Of a stretch of DNA of 64,000 nucleotides, positions 1 through 10,016 are shown piece after piece. The number at the start of each line of letters is the position of its first letter. Within the stretch, counting starts at the first letter, position 1. The stretch covers positions 160,001 through 224,000 of the forward strand of contig JBBIGR010000001.1 in NCBI GenBank assembly GCA_037447435.1, written 5' to 3'. The position numbers were made by a program, and so were the translations under genes. This DNA is from Fibrobacteria bacterium. GTDB taxonomy: Bacteria; Fibrobacterota; Chitinivibrionia; Chitinivibrionales; FEN-1185. A model generated the notes under the pieces. It was given only the letters and a program-made list of their open reading frames with translations, was not told where the DNA came from and did not search any database.

Positions 1-1
1 C

Positions 2-601
2 GGGGTAGGAAGGATCGGTATTGCCGATTCGGATTTTGTCGATATATCGAATCTACAACGCCAGATCATTCACTTTTCTTCCGATGTTGGGCTCGCTAAA
101 ATACAATCGGCACAAAACAAAATGCGTGCAATTCGCCCCGAGCTTGTTGTGGAATTGCATGATTTATTTGTAAATACTACCAATATCGGGAAAATTATTG
201 ACGGTTACGATATAATCGTCGACGCCGTTGATTCCCTTGAAGCAAAATTTCTTATCAACCAAGCCTGCGTTTGGGGAAATAAGCCGCTTGTTCATGGCGG
301 AATCGAGGGATTCGGCGGCGAAGCGCTTACGGTTTTGCCCGGTAAAACAGCCTGCTTCGAATGCATATTCCACAAGCCTGATTTTTTCGTTATTCCAAAA
401 CGCAAAGGTCCGCTTGGGCCACTTCCCGGAATAATCGGCAGCATTCAGGCCATGGAATGTTTAAAGCTTATTTTAGGAGTCGGCACTCCTCTTTTCAATT
501 CACTTTTGGTTTTTGACGCATTGGCCATGAATATGAAGAAATGCAAAGTCGTTCGGCGAGATGATTGCCGCGCTTGCTGCGATTCAAGGCCGTTACCTTA
601 A
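2..601 (+). CDS. HesA/MoeB/ThiF family adenylyltransferase (5' truncated by window)
   Basis: Frame is open from base 2: GVGRIGIADSDFVDISNLQRQ (ThiF/MoeB motif), DAVD, CxxC (CFEC) and C-terminal CRAC zinc ligands. Confidence 0.9.
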   Translation, partial: GVGRIGIADSDFVDISNLQRQIIHFSSDVGLAKIQSAQNKMRAIRPELVVELHDLFVNTTNIGKIIDGYDIIVDAVDSLEAKFLINQACVWGNKPLVHGGIEGFGGEALTVLPGKTACFECIFHKPDFFVIPKRKGPLGPLPGIIGSIQAMECLKLILGVGTPLFNSLLVFDALAMNMKKCKVVRRDDCRACCDSRPLP

Positions 602-610
602 ATTTGTAAA

Positions 611-2314
611 TTATTTCACTCTAAAAACCGTTGATTTTTTCTCGGTATTGCCAAGCAGATCGGTTGCCGTGACCCCGACCACGTATTTGTTTGGCGAATC
701 GAAATGCAGTTCCTGATTATATCGCATGGGAGAGCTGTTGTTGATTGAGTAAAACAGCGATGCAAGTCCCGATAAACTATCGGTAGCTCCGAGATACAAG
801 GTAAGCGGCGCCTGGAAAAGAGTCACACTGTCTTCAACATTCGAAGGCACTCCTTTGCGGCTGAACATCTGCATGAGCTGCGGAGGAGATGCATCCAGAG
901 CTAGCGTAAATTCGTGAAACGGCTCGGCGTTTCCGACATTATCAACCGCACGACAATATAAAGTGCAAACACCCTCCTTAGTAAGGGAAATCGGGCTGTT
1001 GTAAACCAGCGTATCGCCACCAAGCTTCCATTCGATTCTCCTTACTCCCGAAAAATCGTCTTTTGCGTCGCATATCAAAGCCGATTTAGTTGACAAATAA
1101 ACAATACCGTTTTGTTCTATCGCCGGCCCCTTGACCGTGACCCGTGAAACCGGAGCTTTTGCATCGACACAGATTTTAAACACCTCGACCTTCACATTGC
1201 CGAGTTTATCGGAAGCTTGTACCCGCAGTTTGTGCAGGCCGGCCCCAAATTGCGCGGCTTTTAAGGGAAAGGCATATGCGGTAAAGCGTCCGTTGTCAAC
1301 CGCAAATTGAATGTCGGCAACGCCAGAAATACTGTCTTTTGCTTCAAGATATACGATCGACGTACCGGACCAGTAATGCGTATCGTCTTTTTTATAGCAA
1401 TCGCTTGAACAGGCAACGGTAATCGTCGGAGCATTATTATCGATTAAAAAGCGAAGCACCTGCGGCTTTTCCTTATTTCCCGCATTGTCAATAGCATAAT
1501 ATTCCAGACTATGCGCCCCGTCGGAAAGACCGGTGAACCGTACGATATCTTTCTGCTTTGTCCAATTGGAAGCGGAATCGAACCGGAACAGAATTTCGGC
1601 CACCCCCGATAAGCTGTCTTTCGAATATAGTCGAATTTGAGTCTTTTTTGAAAATAGCGAATCGGAAGCAATTGCTGTCTGAAAACAAGTTTGCGGCGGC
1701 GTCAGATCGAAGGAGACATTTTCATGGTATATCGGCGACGGATTTCCAACTTTATCAATTGCATAGAATGAACATGTTTTCCACTTTTCCGACAAGTCTT
1801 TGGGGCCATAGGACGATATCGGTTTAAAGGGAAAATTGTCAAACGATATAAAAACACTATCCACCCCTGATAAATTATCCCATGAATCAATCATCTCTTC
1901 CATATTTGTCCCAAACCACATTTTACGTTTTGGGCCAAACGGCAAACGATGCGGACTGCGAAGCACGCATTCAGGTCCTTCCCCGTCGCAAACAAACCGG
2001 AACCGAACCGTGTCGCCTTTTACTTTATTAAACCAGCGAAGCGTTTGGATTCCGGATTTGTCTAGCATGATGCCGGATGCAGCCTTGTTGCCGGAGGAAT
2101 CCGGGGAAAGCAAATACGATGGCGCGTCGGGTTCAGCGGATTCGGCGAGCCGAATCCAAACCGGTTTATTTTTGGGCCAATACAATTTGTGATTCGTCGT
2201 ATCCATGAAGACTTTTTTTGAGTGATGCATCGGTTGGTTTTCGGAACTATTTTCTGCAAATGAAAGACCGGCAATATTTATCATCAAAAAAGCTAAGCGC
2301 AATGCTAGTTTCAC
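611..2314 (-). CDS. Secreted protein with about five Ig-like (OmpL47-type) repeats
   Basis: Signal peptide; repeats of DxxSG(V/L) and DxxGN motifs; GGAGG RBS before GTG. Confidence 0.7.
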   Translation of the reverse strand: MKLALRLAFLMINIAGLSFAENSSENQPMHHSKKVFMDTTNHKLYWPKNKPVWIRLAESAEPDAPSYLLSPDSSGNKAASGIMLDKSGIQTLRWFNKVKGDTVRFRFVCDGEGPECVLRSPHRLPFGPKRKMWFGTNMEEMIDSWDNLSGVDSVFISFDNFPFKPISSYGPKDLSEKWKTCSFYAIDKVGNPSPIYHENVSFDLTPPQTCFQTAIASDSLFSKKTQIRLYSKDSLSGVAEILFRFDSASNWTKQKDIVRFTGLSDGAHSLEYYAIDNAGNKEKPQVLRFLIDNNAPTITVACSSDCYKKDDTHYWSGTSIVYLEAKDSISGVADIQFAVDNGRFTAYAFPLKAAQFGAGLHKLRVQASDKLGNVKVEVFKICVDAKAPVSRVTVKGPAIEQNGIVYLSTKSALICDAKDDFSGVRRIEWKLGGDTLVYNSPISLTKEGVCTLYCRAVDNVGNAEPFHEFTLALDASPPQLMQMFSRKGVPSNVEDSVTLFQAPLTLYLGATDSLSGLASLFYSINNSSPMRYNQELHFDSPNKYVVGVTATDLLGNTEKKSTVFRVK

Positions 2315-2337
2315 TATAATCCTCCGATTTTGCCTAT

Positions 2338-2397
2338 TAGTACCTATACCTGTATATAATTCATAATGTAAACTTATCCCACGCGGAGCATGGGGTT
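2338..2397 (-). repeat. Leader hairpin repeat, copy 1
   Basis: Reverse complement AACCCCATGCTCCGCGTGGGATAAGTTTAC...AGGTACTA is nearly identical to 24915-24944 and 24987-24994. Confidence 0.75.
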
Positions 2398-2445
2398 GGG
2401 GAAAAGCCTTAATAACGGTGTCGATAATTTTTGTTATACCGGCAA

Positions 2446-3573
2446 TTATGCATAAACAAGTTGATTCTTTGTCGGCAATAAATTCTCAAAAGAAAATTCG
2501 GATGCGGGTCCGTTTGGCAGCAATTTATCAAATATTGCGATCACTTCCTCGATGGACACGTTTAAAACAGCCTGCTTTCCGCGATTTCCGGCATAATAGT
2601 TTTCCGATATCCCCGGATATTGCGCTGGTTGGAGTTTGTTTATGGAAATGTCGATATTTCCCCAATGCCTATATTTATTCAGGTTGGTATTTCCATAAAT
2701 AGTAACGGTAGTGATTGCCATAGCGGCGGCAATGTGGCCGAGTCCCGTATCCGAAGTAAACATCGAGTGACATTGCCTGATAATTCCGCAAACCGTGGGA
2801 AAAGGTAATCGACAAACTTTTATAATAGGAATATCGGTAAAGTATTCATATACGGCTTCTTCTTGGGGACCGGCAAAAACCAAGACCCGAATCCCGGGTT
2901 TTGCGGTCAAATGTTTTGCAATTGCCGCAAACCGTTCGACGGGCCAACGTTGACGTGATAGTGATACGCTCGGATGCATACCAACGGCGATTTCTTCGCC
3001 GAAATTAAAATCGTGTATTTCCAAAAATTTATCAGCCTCTGCCAAGTGTTGTCCGCAAAGTGAAAGCGATAACGGCATTTTTTTAACGGTTTTGCCGAGG
3101 GCGCGAAGAAGATCGAGATTGTTCTCAACAACATGCTCGGAATTGTCCCAATCCACCATATGCGTATATCCGATGGTCATAGGTCCTACTCGTTTTTGTA
3201 TACCAAGGAAAAGCTGCAACCACTTTTCATTTCCCAGGCCGCCGGGAAATAAAGTAAAGCTTATGGTGAATCGGCGTTTTTTCAATTTTAATAAAAACCG
3301 TATCTCCTTGAAAAACCCTTTTAGGGCAGTAAAAAAAGGAATGGAAAAGAAATTTTTATTAATAATATTTATCAATATCGACTGAGGCATTGTCAATACT
3401 TCATCTACGTCTTTAATTAAATATCCGATTTCCTTTGGATGATCTTGCCGTAAAACAAGAGTTATCGGCACGCGAGGAAATGCTTTCCTGGTATTGGCAA
3501 GGAAAGGCGTTGCAAGAACCAGGTCGCCAATGCCGCAACTGGCGATAATTAAGATTCTATCTTTATTGATAAT
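2446..3573 (-). CDS. Glycosyltransferase family 9 (heptosyltransferase-like), probable ATT start
   Basis: GT9 motifs RWPVERF and SDTGLGHIAAA; in-frame upstream RILII..GIGDLVLATP extends 34 codons beyond the ORF-track start at 3471. Confidence 0.85.
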   Translation of the reverse strand: MINKDRILIIASCGIGDLVLATPFLANTRKAFPRVPITLVLRQDHPKEIGYLIKDVDEVLTMPQSILINIINKNFFSIPFFTALKGFFKEIRFLLKLKKRRFTISFTLFPGGLGNEKWLQLFLGIQKRVGPMTIGYTHMVDWDNSEHVVENNLDLLRALGKTVKKMPLSLSLCGQHLAEADKFLEIHDFNFGEEIAVGMHPSVSLSRQRWPVERFAAIAKHLTAKPGIRVLVFAGPQEEAVYEYFTDIPIIKVCRLPFPTVCGIIRQCHSMFTSDTGLGHIAAAMAITTVTIYGNTNLNKYRHWGNIDISINKLQPAQYPGISENYYAGNRGKQAVLNVSIEEVIAIFDKLLPNGPASEFSFENLLPTKNQLVYA

Positions 3574-3656
3574 ACACCATCCTTATAAGAAAAAATCCTT
3601 ATGAACAAACAATACGGTTAAAAATGCTACGAAATGATTTTAAAAACGTTAGGAAA

Positions 3657-4919
3657 TCAATAGGTTTTCATTCGTTTCGGCGTTTTATCCGTTTCAAATG
3701 TATTTGGGGAAAGTATACTATTATAGATTTTTTCAAACGCGTCTATCCGTTTGCTTAAGGAAAACTGTTTTGCCCGCTCATATCCGGCCAAACCCATTTT
3801 CATTCTTAAATCCGAAGAAGAAGCGAGCCATTCTATTGCATTGGCAATGTTTCGTGTCATTTCGTCGGGATTTGTAACAGGAATCTTGATTCCGGTTTCA
3901 TCGTTCACGAGTTCGGCAGCTCCTTGATGGTCTGGTGCAATTATCGGCAAACCGTGGGACATGGCTTCAAGCAATTGAATGCCGACAGTATCACGCAAAC
4001 CGGTAAACAGGAAAATATCGGCGTTATCATAAGCCGATAGCGCTTCTTTCCAAGGGAGCATACCTCGTAAATCAACCTGATGGACAAGATTGATTCCTTT
4101 GAGCCAAGATTTGAATTCCTTTTCCAAAGGGCCGCCGCCGATCACTTCCAAGTGAATAGGAACCGAGGCCGGAACTTTTTGAAGTGCTTCAACAGCGAGC
4201 GGCAAAGCTTTCGTTGCAAAAAATCTGCCAACCCATAATAGCCGGGTGATTTCATGCCTGTTCCGACTATTAAATGCCGACGGCAACACTTCATCGGGGA
4301 GGTAAACATCGAGCAAACGATCGACTTTTTTAGCGCCCATTTTTTTCGCAAGTACCGCAGTTTCCGAATTGCTAGCCAATATTATTTGTGAGCTCCGGAT
4401 TGTTTTTAACGCCGGCAAATTCATACGCCAAAGGTTTTTTACCAGTAAACTCCTCAGGTTTTCCGACAGCCAAACTTTGCCCAAGTACTTTTCGAATCCG
4501 GAAGGAACAATTTGTCCTCCGCCGCAAGGGCCGTATATAAAAGGCTTTTTCAGCCGCCACAAAAAAGAGCCGCCCATAAGGGAGCCGTAAGACAAATGAT
4601 GGACCAAGTCAAAATTGTAAACTGAGTCGATTTGCAAGGCTTTATTCGAAGCGTCCCATTGCCAAAACAGATACCGTAATACGCTGCTGAGTATGCGACC
4701 CAGCTTGAGCGTCCAATTTCGGTGGCCAACATAATGAAATATGAGATTTGGAATCGGCTGAAGAGAAAGTTGTTCGGTTACTTTGTTTTGACAATCTTGG
4801 GGAACGATAACGTGAATTTCGTGGCCACGTTTTGCAAGAGCCTTTGGGTAATTCCAACCATGGCCCGATTCCGAGCCTGCTCCAGGAATACAGGCAAATG
4901 CGGATAGTAAAATTTTCAT
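3657..4919 (-). CDS. Glycosyltransferase family 4
   Basis: MKILLSAFACxPxxGSE N-terminus; LLEAMSHGLPII motif; start placed at ATG 4919. Confidence 0.9.
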   Translation of the reverse strand: MKILLSAFACIPGAGSESGHGWNYPKALAKRGHEIHVIVPQDCQNKVTEQLSLQPIPNLIFHYVGHRNWTLKLGRILSSVLRYLFWQWDASNKALQIDSVYNFDLVHHLSYGSLMGGSFLWRLKKPFIYGPCGGGQIVPSGFEKYLGKVWLSENLRSLLVKNLWRMNLPALKTIRSSQIILASNSETAVLAKKMGAKKVDRLLDVYLPDEVLPSAFNSRNRHEITRLLWVGRFFATKALPLAVEALQKVPASVPIHLEVIGGGPLEKEFKSWLKGINLVHQVDLRGMLPWKEALSAYDNADIFLFTGLRDTVGIQLLEAMSHGLPIIAPDHQGAAELVNDETGIKIPVTNPDEMTRNIANAIEWLASSSDLRMKMGLAGYERAKQFSLSKRIDAFEKIYNSILSPNTFETDKTPKRMKTY

Positions 4920-5160
4920 AAGAAAAAATGTGTCGGATAAAAAAATCAGTAACTGTTTTAAATATGTGCCGGTTCTAATTTCCAGTCGGTTAAAAATGGT
5001 CGGAAACAATTCGATTATTATTAGGAAAACAATAGGGTTTCATTTGAAAAAATTACCAAGACCCTTTTTTCCATTAAGGTTTATGCAATCCTCATCTATT
5101 TCTTACAAAATTTGCATACCCTTGAGAAATATTCTTCATACCGGTAAATTTTAATTCGTT

Positions 5161-5265
5161 TTTGCAGGTATGCACCCAAAGCGGTCCCCGATTTTGTCGG
5201 GGAGTCAAGAACTAACCCCGCGTTTCGTAGCGTGGAGGAATACTTTTGGAAAAACATGGGAACTA
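5161..5265 (+). repeat. Leader hairpin repeat, copy 2 (with TCCCCGA-TTTTG-TCGGGGA palindrome)
   Basis: TTTGCAGGTA; ACTAACCCCGCG..CGTGG hairpin; TACTTTTGGAA..ACATG shared with the 16.2 kb copy; ends GGGAACTA just before the wcaJ ATG. Confidence 0.5.
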
Positions 5266-5272
5266 ATACGCC

Positions 5273-6688
5273 ATGAATGCGTTCAGATCTTTTTATAGAT
5301 TGACAAAGATAGTTTCGGACCATGCGGTTTTAAGCTTTTGTTTCTTATTCGCTTTGACTTTAGCTAAATACCGCCTGGGAATCGGGAATGAGGGATTTGT
5401 ACCTGAAAAAGACCTTTTACTGCTCCTATGCCTGAATTTGGGATGGAATTATACCGGCAGGATAAGCGGTTTATACGATGAATTACGATCCAGGTCCCGC
5501 GTATTTCAAGTCAAGGCCATTCTACGTGGAATTTTCTTTCAGGCCGTGATTTTCATATTCTTTTCCTTTTTTACGCGGCTTGTTTACGTACAATATTTTT
5601 TAATTGCAACCTATGTCATTTGTCTGGTACTAACGATTCCTTTATGGAACCAGCTTTTGCAAATCATGTTTCAATTTTTGCGGCGCAACGGTCGAAACCT
5701 CCGAAGCTTCATTATTGTTGGAAACGGCAATACCGGCGAGCAATTCCTTTCCATGATACTCGATAGCCCGCAGGTCGGTTACCGGATCATCGGCTGCGTT
5801 GACGACGTTGACCGAAGTGCCGACCTTGGTACTTTGTTTCTTGGTTCTATAGACGATCTTGACCGGATAATTCAAAATGAGCGGGTCGATGAAGTGGTAA
5901 TTTCCTTGCCGAGTTCCGAAACGAAAAAAATTCGCAGGGTCATTGAACTATGCGAAGAGCATCCCGTCATGATTAGAATGATCCCGGATTTTTTGGGAAG
6001 CATGAGCTCCCGGTTTACCATTTCGCTGTTCCGCGATTTTCCGATTATTACCGTTCGCCGCAATCCACTTGACGAATTGCAATGGCGTTTTGCAAAACGG
6101 GCTTTCGATATTGCTTTTTCGGTTTGTTTCCTCGCATTAATCGGCCTTTGGTTGTTTCCCGTCATCGCAATTATTATAAAGCTCAGTTCGCCCGGCCCGG
6201 TTTTTTTCAGACAGGAAAGGCATGGTAAAAAAAACAAACTCATTATTTGTTACAAATTCCGGAGCATGGTGATCGGTGAAAAGGAGGTCGATGAAAAAGG
6301 GGAATACCGGCAAGCAATAAAAAACGACCCGCGCGTCACAAAAATCGGCGGGTTTTTGCGGAAAACAAACCTTGATGAACTTCCTCAATTTTTTAACGTG
6401 TTGCTTGGGGAAATGTCGGTTGTAGGACCAAGACCCCATCCGATACCGCTGAATGAAAAATCCGTCGGAAATGTCGACAAATACATGTTGCGCCATATTG
6501 TGAAACCCGGAATTACCGGCTGGGCCCAGGTGCATGGCTTTCGCGGAAATACCAAAGATCTTGAGCTTATGCGCAAACGCATTATCCACGATATTTGGTA
6601 CATAGAGAACTGGTCTTTCGGTTTGGACCTCAACATTGTCATGCTTACTTTGCTCAATTTGCTAAAGCCCGATAGGAACGCCTATTGA
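5273..6688 (+). CDS. wcaJ: Undecaprenyl-phosphate glucose phosphotransferase (priming glycosyltransferase)
   Basis: N-terminal TM helices, CoA-binding-like domain, KRAFDI, KFRSM, DELPQFFNVLLGEMSVVGPRP, KPGITGWAQV. Confidence 0.92.
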   Translation: MNAFRSFYRLTKIVSDHAVLSFCFLFALTLAKYRLGIGNEGFVPEKDLLLLLCLNLGWNYTGRISGLYDELRSRSRVFQVKAILRGIFFQAVIFIFFSFFTRLVYVQYFLIATYVICLVLTIPLWNQLLQIMFQFLRRNGRNLRSFIIVGNGNTGEQFLSMILDSPQVGYRIIGCVDDVDRSADLGTLFLGSIDDLDRIIQNERVDEVVISLPSSETKKIRRVIELCEEHPVMIRMIPDFLGSMSSRFTISLFRDFPIITVRRNPLDELQWRFAKRAFDIAFSVCFLALIGLWLFPVIAIIIKLSSPGPVFFRQERHGKKNKLIICYKFRSMVIGEKEVDEKGEYRQAIKNDPRVTKIGGFLRKTNLDELPQFFNVLLGEMSVVGPRPHPIPLNEKSVGNVDKYMLRHIVKPGITGWAQVHGFRGNTKDLELMRKRIIHDIWYIENWSFGLDLNIVMLTLLNLLKPDRNAY

Positions 6689-6864
6689 TCGGCAAACACA
6701 ATTCTTACAAAATCATAATATTACCAATCAATATTTATTACTATAAAAAAAGAATTGCCAGTATAATCAGATTGAATTTTTGCAAAAATTACCGTATTCT
6801 ATTATTGCATGTCCTTCTGAGATTCTTATATACTTGACCGGCAACAAAAGGGGCTACGCAAAAA

Positions 6865-8199
6865 ATGGGAAAAAAGAAACCAACAAAAATCTTTGTCCTT
6901 GATACCAATGTCATCCTTCACGACAGTTCCTGCATTCAACAATTCGACGAACATGACCTCGTCATCCCGATAACAGTGCTCGAAGAACTTGACAATTTTA
7001 AAAAAGGTAACGACACCTTAAACTTTCATGCCCGTGAATTCGTTCGCGCGCTCGATTCTCTTTCGGGCGACAAGCTTTTCAATGGCGGCGTTCCTATCGG
7101 GCCCGGACAAGGTAAAATTTCAATACTTCTTGAAAAAGAATATCACCCGGACATTGCCCGGAATTTTCAAGGCAACAAACCCGACCACCATATTTTGAAT
7201 GCGGCCTATTGCCTATTGAAGCAGATGCCCCTGCGACAGGTCGTGCTCGTCACCAAAGATGTCAATTTACGCATGAAGGCAAAATCGGTGGGCATTGCCG
7301 CCGAAGATTATTCAACAGACCGTGTAAACGATATTTCGGCATTGTATAAAGGAATAAGGCTTGAAGAATCGGCGCCTGCCGAAATTATCGATAAGTTGTA
7401 TAAGGAACCGTTTGAAGTGGAGGTAACGCCCACGGTTTTTGCCACACCGCTCACACCAAATGAGAACATCATTCTTCGTAATACTCAAAAATCGGTACTC
7501 GGCGTTTTTAAGGCCGACAGGAATATTATTACGCGGATTTCAAAACCTGTTGCCTACGGAGTTTCGCCTCACAATGCCGAACAGAGTTTTGCCCTCAATG
7601 CCTTGATGGACGAAACCATAAAGCTTATCAGTATCACCGGCAAAGCGGGAACGGGAAAAACACTGCTCGCAATTGCCGCTGCAATTGAAAAACGGCAGCA
7701 GTACCACCAAATTTACGTCGCTCGGCCTATTATTCCTTTGTCAAATAAAGACATCGGCTATTTGCCCGGCGACATCGATTCGAAAATCGCACCTTATATG
7801 CAGCCGCTGTACGACAATTTGGGAGTCATTAAAAACCAGTTTCCGCATAACGATAAAAGCGTCAAACGCGTACAGGAAATGCTTGATCTTGACAAATTGC
7901 AAATAACTCCCCTTGCCTACATACGGGGCCGTAGCTTGGTAAAGGTATATTTTATCGTCGATGAAGCGCAAAACCTCACGCCGAATGAAATCAAGACCAT
8001 TATCACAAGGGCGGGGGAAGGGACGAAACTGGTGTTTACCGGTGATATTTTCCAAATAGACCATCCGTACCTCGACAGTCATACCAACGGGCTCTCGTAT
8101 TTGATTTCAAAAATGAAAGGCCAACAGCTATACGCACATATCAATTTGGAAAAGGGCGAACGGTCGGAACTTGCGGATTTGGCTGCAGACTTGCTATAA
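6865..8199 (+). CDS. PIN-PhoH (PhoH2/YlaK-type) protein
   Basis: N-terminal PIN (VLDTNV, TKDVNLR); Walker A GKAGTGKT; GYLPG, RGRS, DEAQN, GDxxQID. Confidence 0.93.
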   Translation: MGKKKPTKIFVLDTNVILHDSSCIQQFDEHDLVIPITVLEELDNFKKGNDTLNFHAREFVRALDSLSGDKLFNGGVPIGPGQGKISILLEKEYHPDIARNFQGNKPDHHILNAAYCLLKQMPLRQVVLVTKDVNLRMKAKSVGIAAEDYSTDRVNDISALYKGIRLEESAPAEIIDKLYKEPFEVEVTPTVFATPLTPNENIILRNTQKSVLGVFKADRNIITRISKPVAYGVSPHNAEQSFALNALMDETIKLISITGKAGTGKTLLAIAAAIEKRQQYHQIYVARPIIPLSNKDIGYLPGDIDSKIAPYMQPLYDNLGVIKNQFPHNDKSVKRVQEMLDLDKLQITPLAYIRGRSLVKVYFIVDEAQNLTPNEIKTIITRAGEGTKLVFTGDIFQIDHPYLDSHTNGLSYLISKMKGQQLYAHINLEKGERSELADLAADLL

Positions 8200-9705
8200 A
8201 ACTTTGCGGTTTCCTTTGACAATTGCATGTACTTGTAAAAATATTTTTTCCAGGACCAATGGAATATTCCTGATGCAAGCGCGCATGACGCTTTGCGGAA
8301 TCATGTTCATGAACAAGCGTATCGGCTTCCAGGCAAGAAAATTCAACGCAAATCGCGGTACATAGCCTCTCAGTTCCGATTTTCCCAATTGCCCCGCTAT
8401 GACAAAAAGCAGCATTTCGTAATGGCATTGGTAATGGACCGAATCATGATAGGACCGAAACTCGCTTTCGTCCAGGGGTTTGATGATTTTGTCTTTTACC
8501 GCTTTTTCGTATAAAGGGGTCCCTGGAAAAAAAACAAGGTTATGAATTTGAAATCGGATATGCTTGGGCAGCCTGATCATAAAAAGATAACTGGCTAAGA
8601 TTTCTGGCCGTGTTTCATAGGGATTGTCGGCAATGAAATCCAGGTAGACCTGTAATCCGTGGGTTTTATGATATCGCGCGGCTTGAGTTGCAATGGTCGC
8701 CGTTTTCTGCGGATCTATATTTCTGTTGTAAATTTCTTTTAAAACACGGTCGTCCGCTGTTTGGACTCCCATGACCAGACGCTTTAAACCGCAATCGAGC
8801 AAAGGCAGGAATTTTTCCTTCCGGAACGTATTTCCGCTTGTAGCTATGGCAAAAGGCAGATTGACATTTTTTTTATACCGTTCAGCAAATTCGTGTATTT
8901 CGTTCGGGGTGCGTACGAAAAAATCATCGTCCCCAAAAAATATTCCCGTGAAAAAATCATATTTATTGACAATCGCTTCAAGTTCGTCCATAAACCTGGA
9001 AACGGTTTGTTTTCGTATTGAATTCTTGCCGAACAGGGATATATACCTACTGTTATTGCAATAAGAACAAGAATGCGGGCAGCCTCTGCTGGTAAGAATA
9101 GAGAGCGTCGGGTTTCCAAAAGGATAGCTGGTAAAGCTTTTTCGGAACAACTCCTTATCCATTGCAAACAAATCTTTTTCCAGAACATATTTATTTTCCA
9201 GGTCATAATCATAATAGGGCAGTGAATCGAGGTCGTGAAACGGCGGAAGCGGTTTGTTGATGACGACCTTTCCGTATATGGTAAACGCCATATTTCCGAT
9301 TTCGGGATATTGAATGCCCTGTTCGACTGCGGTTATGTAATCTGTCAAGCATTGCTCCGCTTCGCCAAAGCAGACCGCGTCGGCATGCCGAAGGCTCATT
9401 TCCGGGGCCGAAATGCAGTGCGGGCCTCCCCAGACAACGGGCATTGAAGGAAAAACCTTGTGAATATGATCCGATATTTTTGCGGCCATGTTTGATTCAA
9501 GGCTGTATACGGAAAACAGTGCAAGGTCGCATTGCGTTAGTATTTGCTTCAATGGAGCAAAGCCAATATCATATTGCAATTGGAAGGATGTTTCTGGCAG
9601 AAAAACAAAATAAACCGTATGCCCGGCTTTTTTTAGCAATGCCGATACCAGACGGACGCCGTCTGTTGGCAGATGAGAACCGCATTTTATGAGCGCTATT
9701 TTCAT
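8194..9705 (-). CDS. B12-binding domain radical SAM protein (class B methyltransferase-like)
   Basis: WGGPH/GEAE cobalamin-binding region; SRGCPHSCSYC; DDDF; PGTPLY. Confidence 0.88.
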   Translation of the reverse strand: MKIALIKCGSHLPTDGVRLVSALLKKAGHTVYFVFLPETSFQLQYDIGFAPLKQILTQCDLALFSVYSLESNMAAKISDHIHKVFPSMPVVWGGPHCISAPEMSLRHADAVCFGEAEQCLTDYITAVEQGIQYPEIGNMAFTIYGKVVINKPLPPFHDLDSLPYYDYDLENKYVLEKDLFAMDKELFRKSFTSYPFGNPTLSILTSRGCPHSCSYCNNSRYISLFGKNSIRKQTVSRFMDELEAIVNKYDFFTGIFFGDDDFFVRTPNEIHEFAERYKKNVNLPFAIATSGNTFRKEKFLPLLDCGLKRLVMGVQTADDRVLKEIYNRNIDPQKTATIATQAARYHKTHGLQVYLDFIADNPYETRPEILASYLFMIRLPKHIRFQIHNLVFFPGTPLYEKAVKDKIIKPLDESEFRSYHDSVHYQCHYEMLLFVIAGQLGKSELRGYVPRFALNFLAWKPIRLFMNMIPQSVMRACIRNIPLVLEKIFLQVHAIVKGNRKVL

Positions 9706-9800
9706 GATGGGGTAAAAATCAGTGAGCGGTTTTATGGTTGGGTTAGGATTTTGTTAGAATTTGATGTTTATTATTTCTTTACTTTTTATTTCTTTCTAAC

Positions 9801-9839
9801 GTGTAAACTTTTTCCGACGCTTGTCGGGTTAGTTTACAC
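9801..9839 (+). promoter_or_regulatory. Palindromic enhancer (sigma54 activator site, PEP-CTERM-box-like)
   Basis: GTGTAAAC..CCGAC-gctt-GTCGG..GTTTACAC dyad containing TGT-N11-ACA, about 115-155 bp upstream of the sigma54 site. Confidence 0.7.
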
Positions 9840-9954
9840 AACTGCATGTTAGCGATAGATAAGTTTTTTGTTAGCCCTGGTCTATGTTATTGATATAATA
9901 GAATATCCGGCGGAACTCAACTTACGAAGTTTATTAACATTAGCCTTGTTTTTT

Positions 9955-9970
9955 TGGCATAGCATTTGCA
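9955..9970 (+). promoter_or_regulatory. Sigma54 (-24/-12) promoter
   Basis: TGGCAT-AGCAT-TTGCA matches TGGCAC-N5-TTGCA, 46 bp upstream of the PEP-CTERM gene. Confidence 0.85.
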
Positions 9971-10016
9971 TTAAGTAAAGATTTTACCTAGTGTTAGTTT
10001 CCATTTTGGAGGTGTC

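Noticed and set aside
4920..5009. ORF-track upstream starts (also 12676, 30675, 38124, 40609, 43973, 45947, 46200, 53033, 53491, 56800, 61388)
   Set aside because: Downstream ATGs fit the RBS, family N-termini or ATGA coupling better
5204..5238. IscB omega-RNA / intact IS200/IS605 element (GTCAAGAACTAACCCC start)
   Set aside because: No tnpA, tnpB or iscB nearby, and the similarity is limited to a short hairpin
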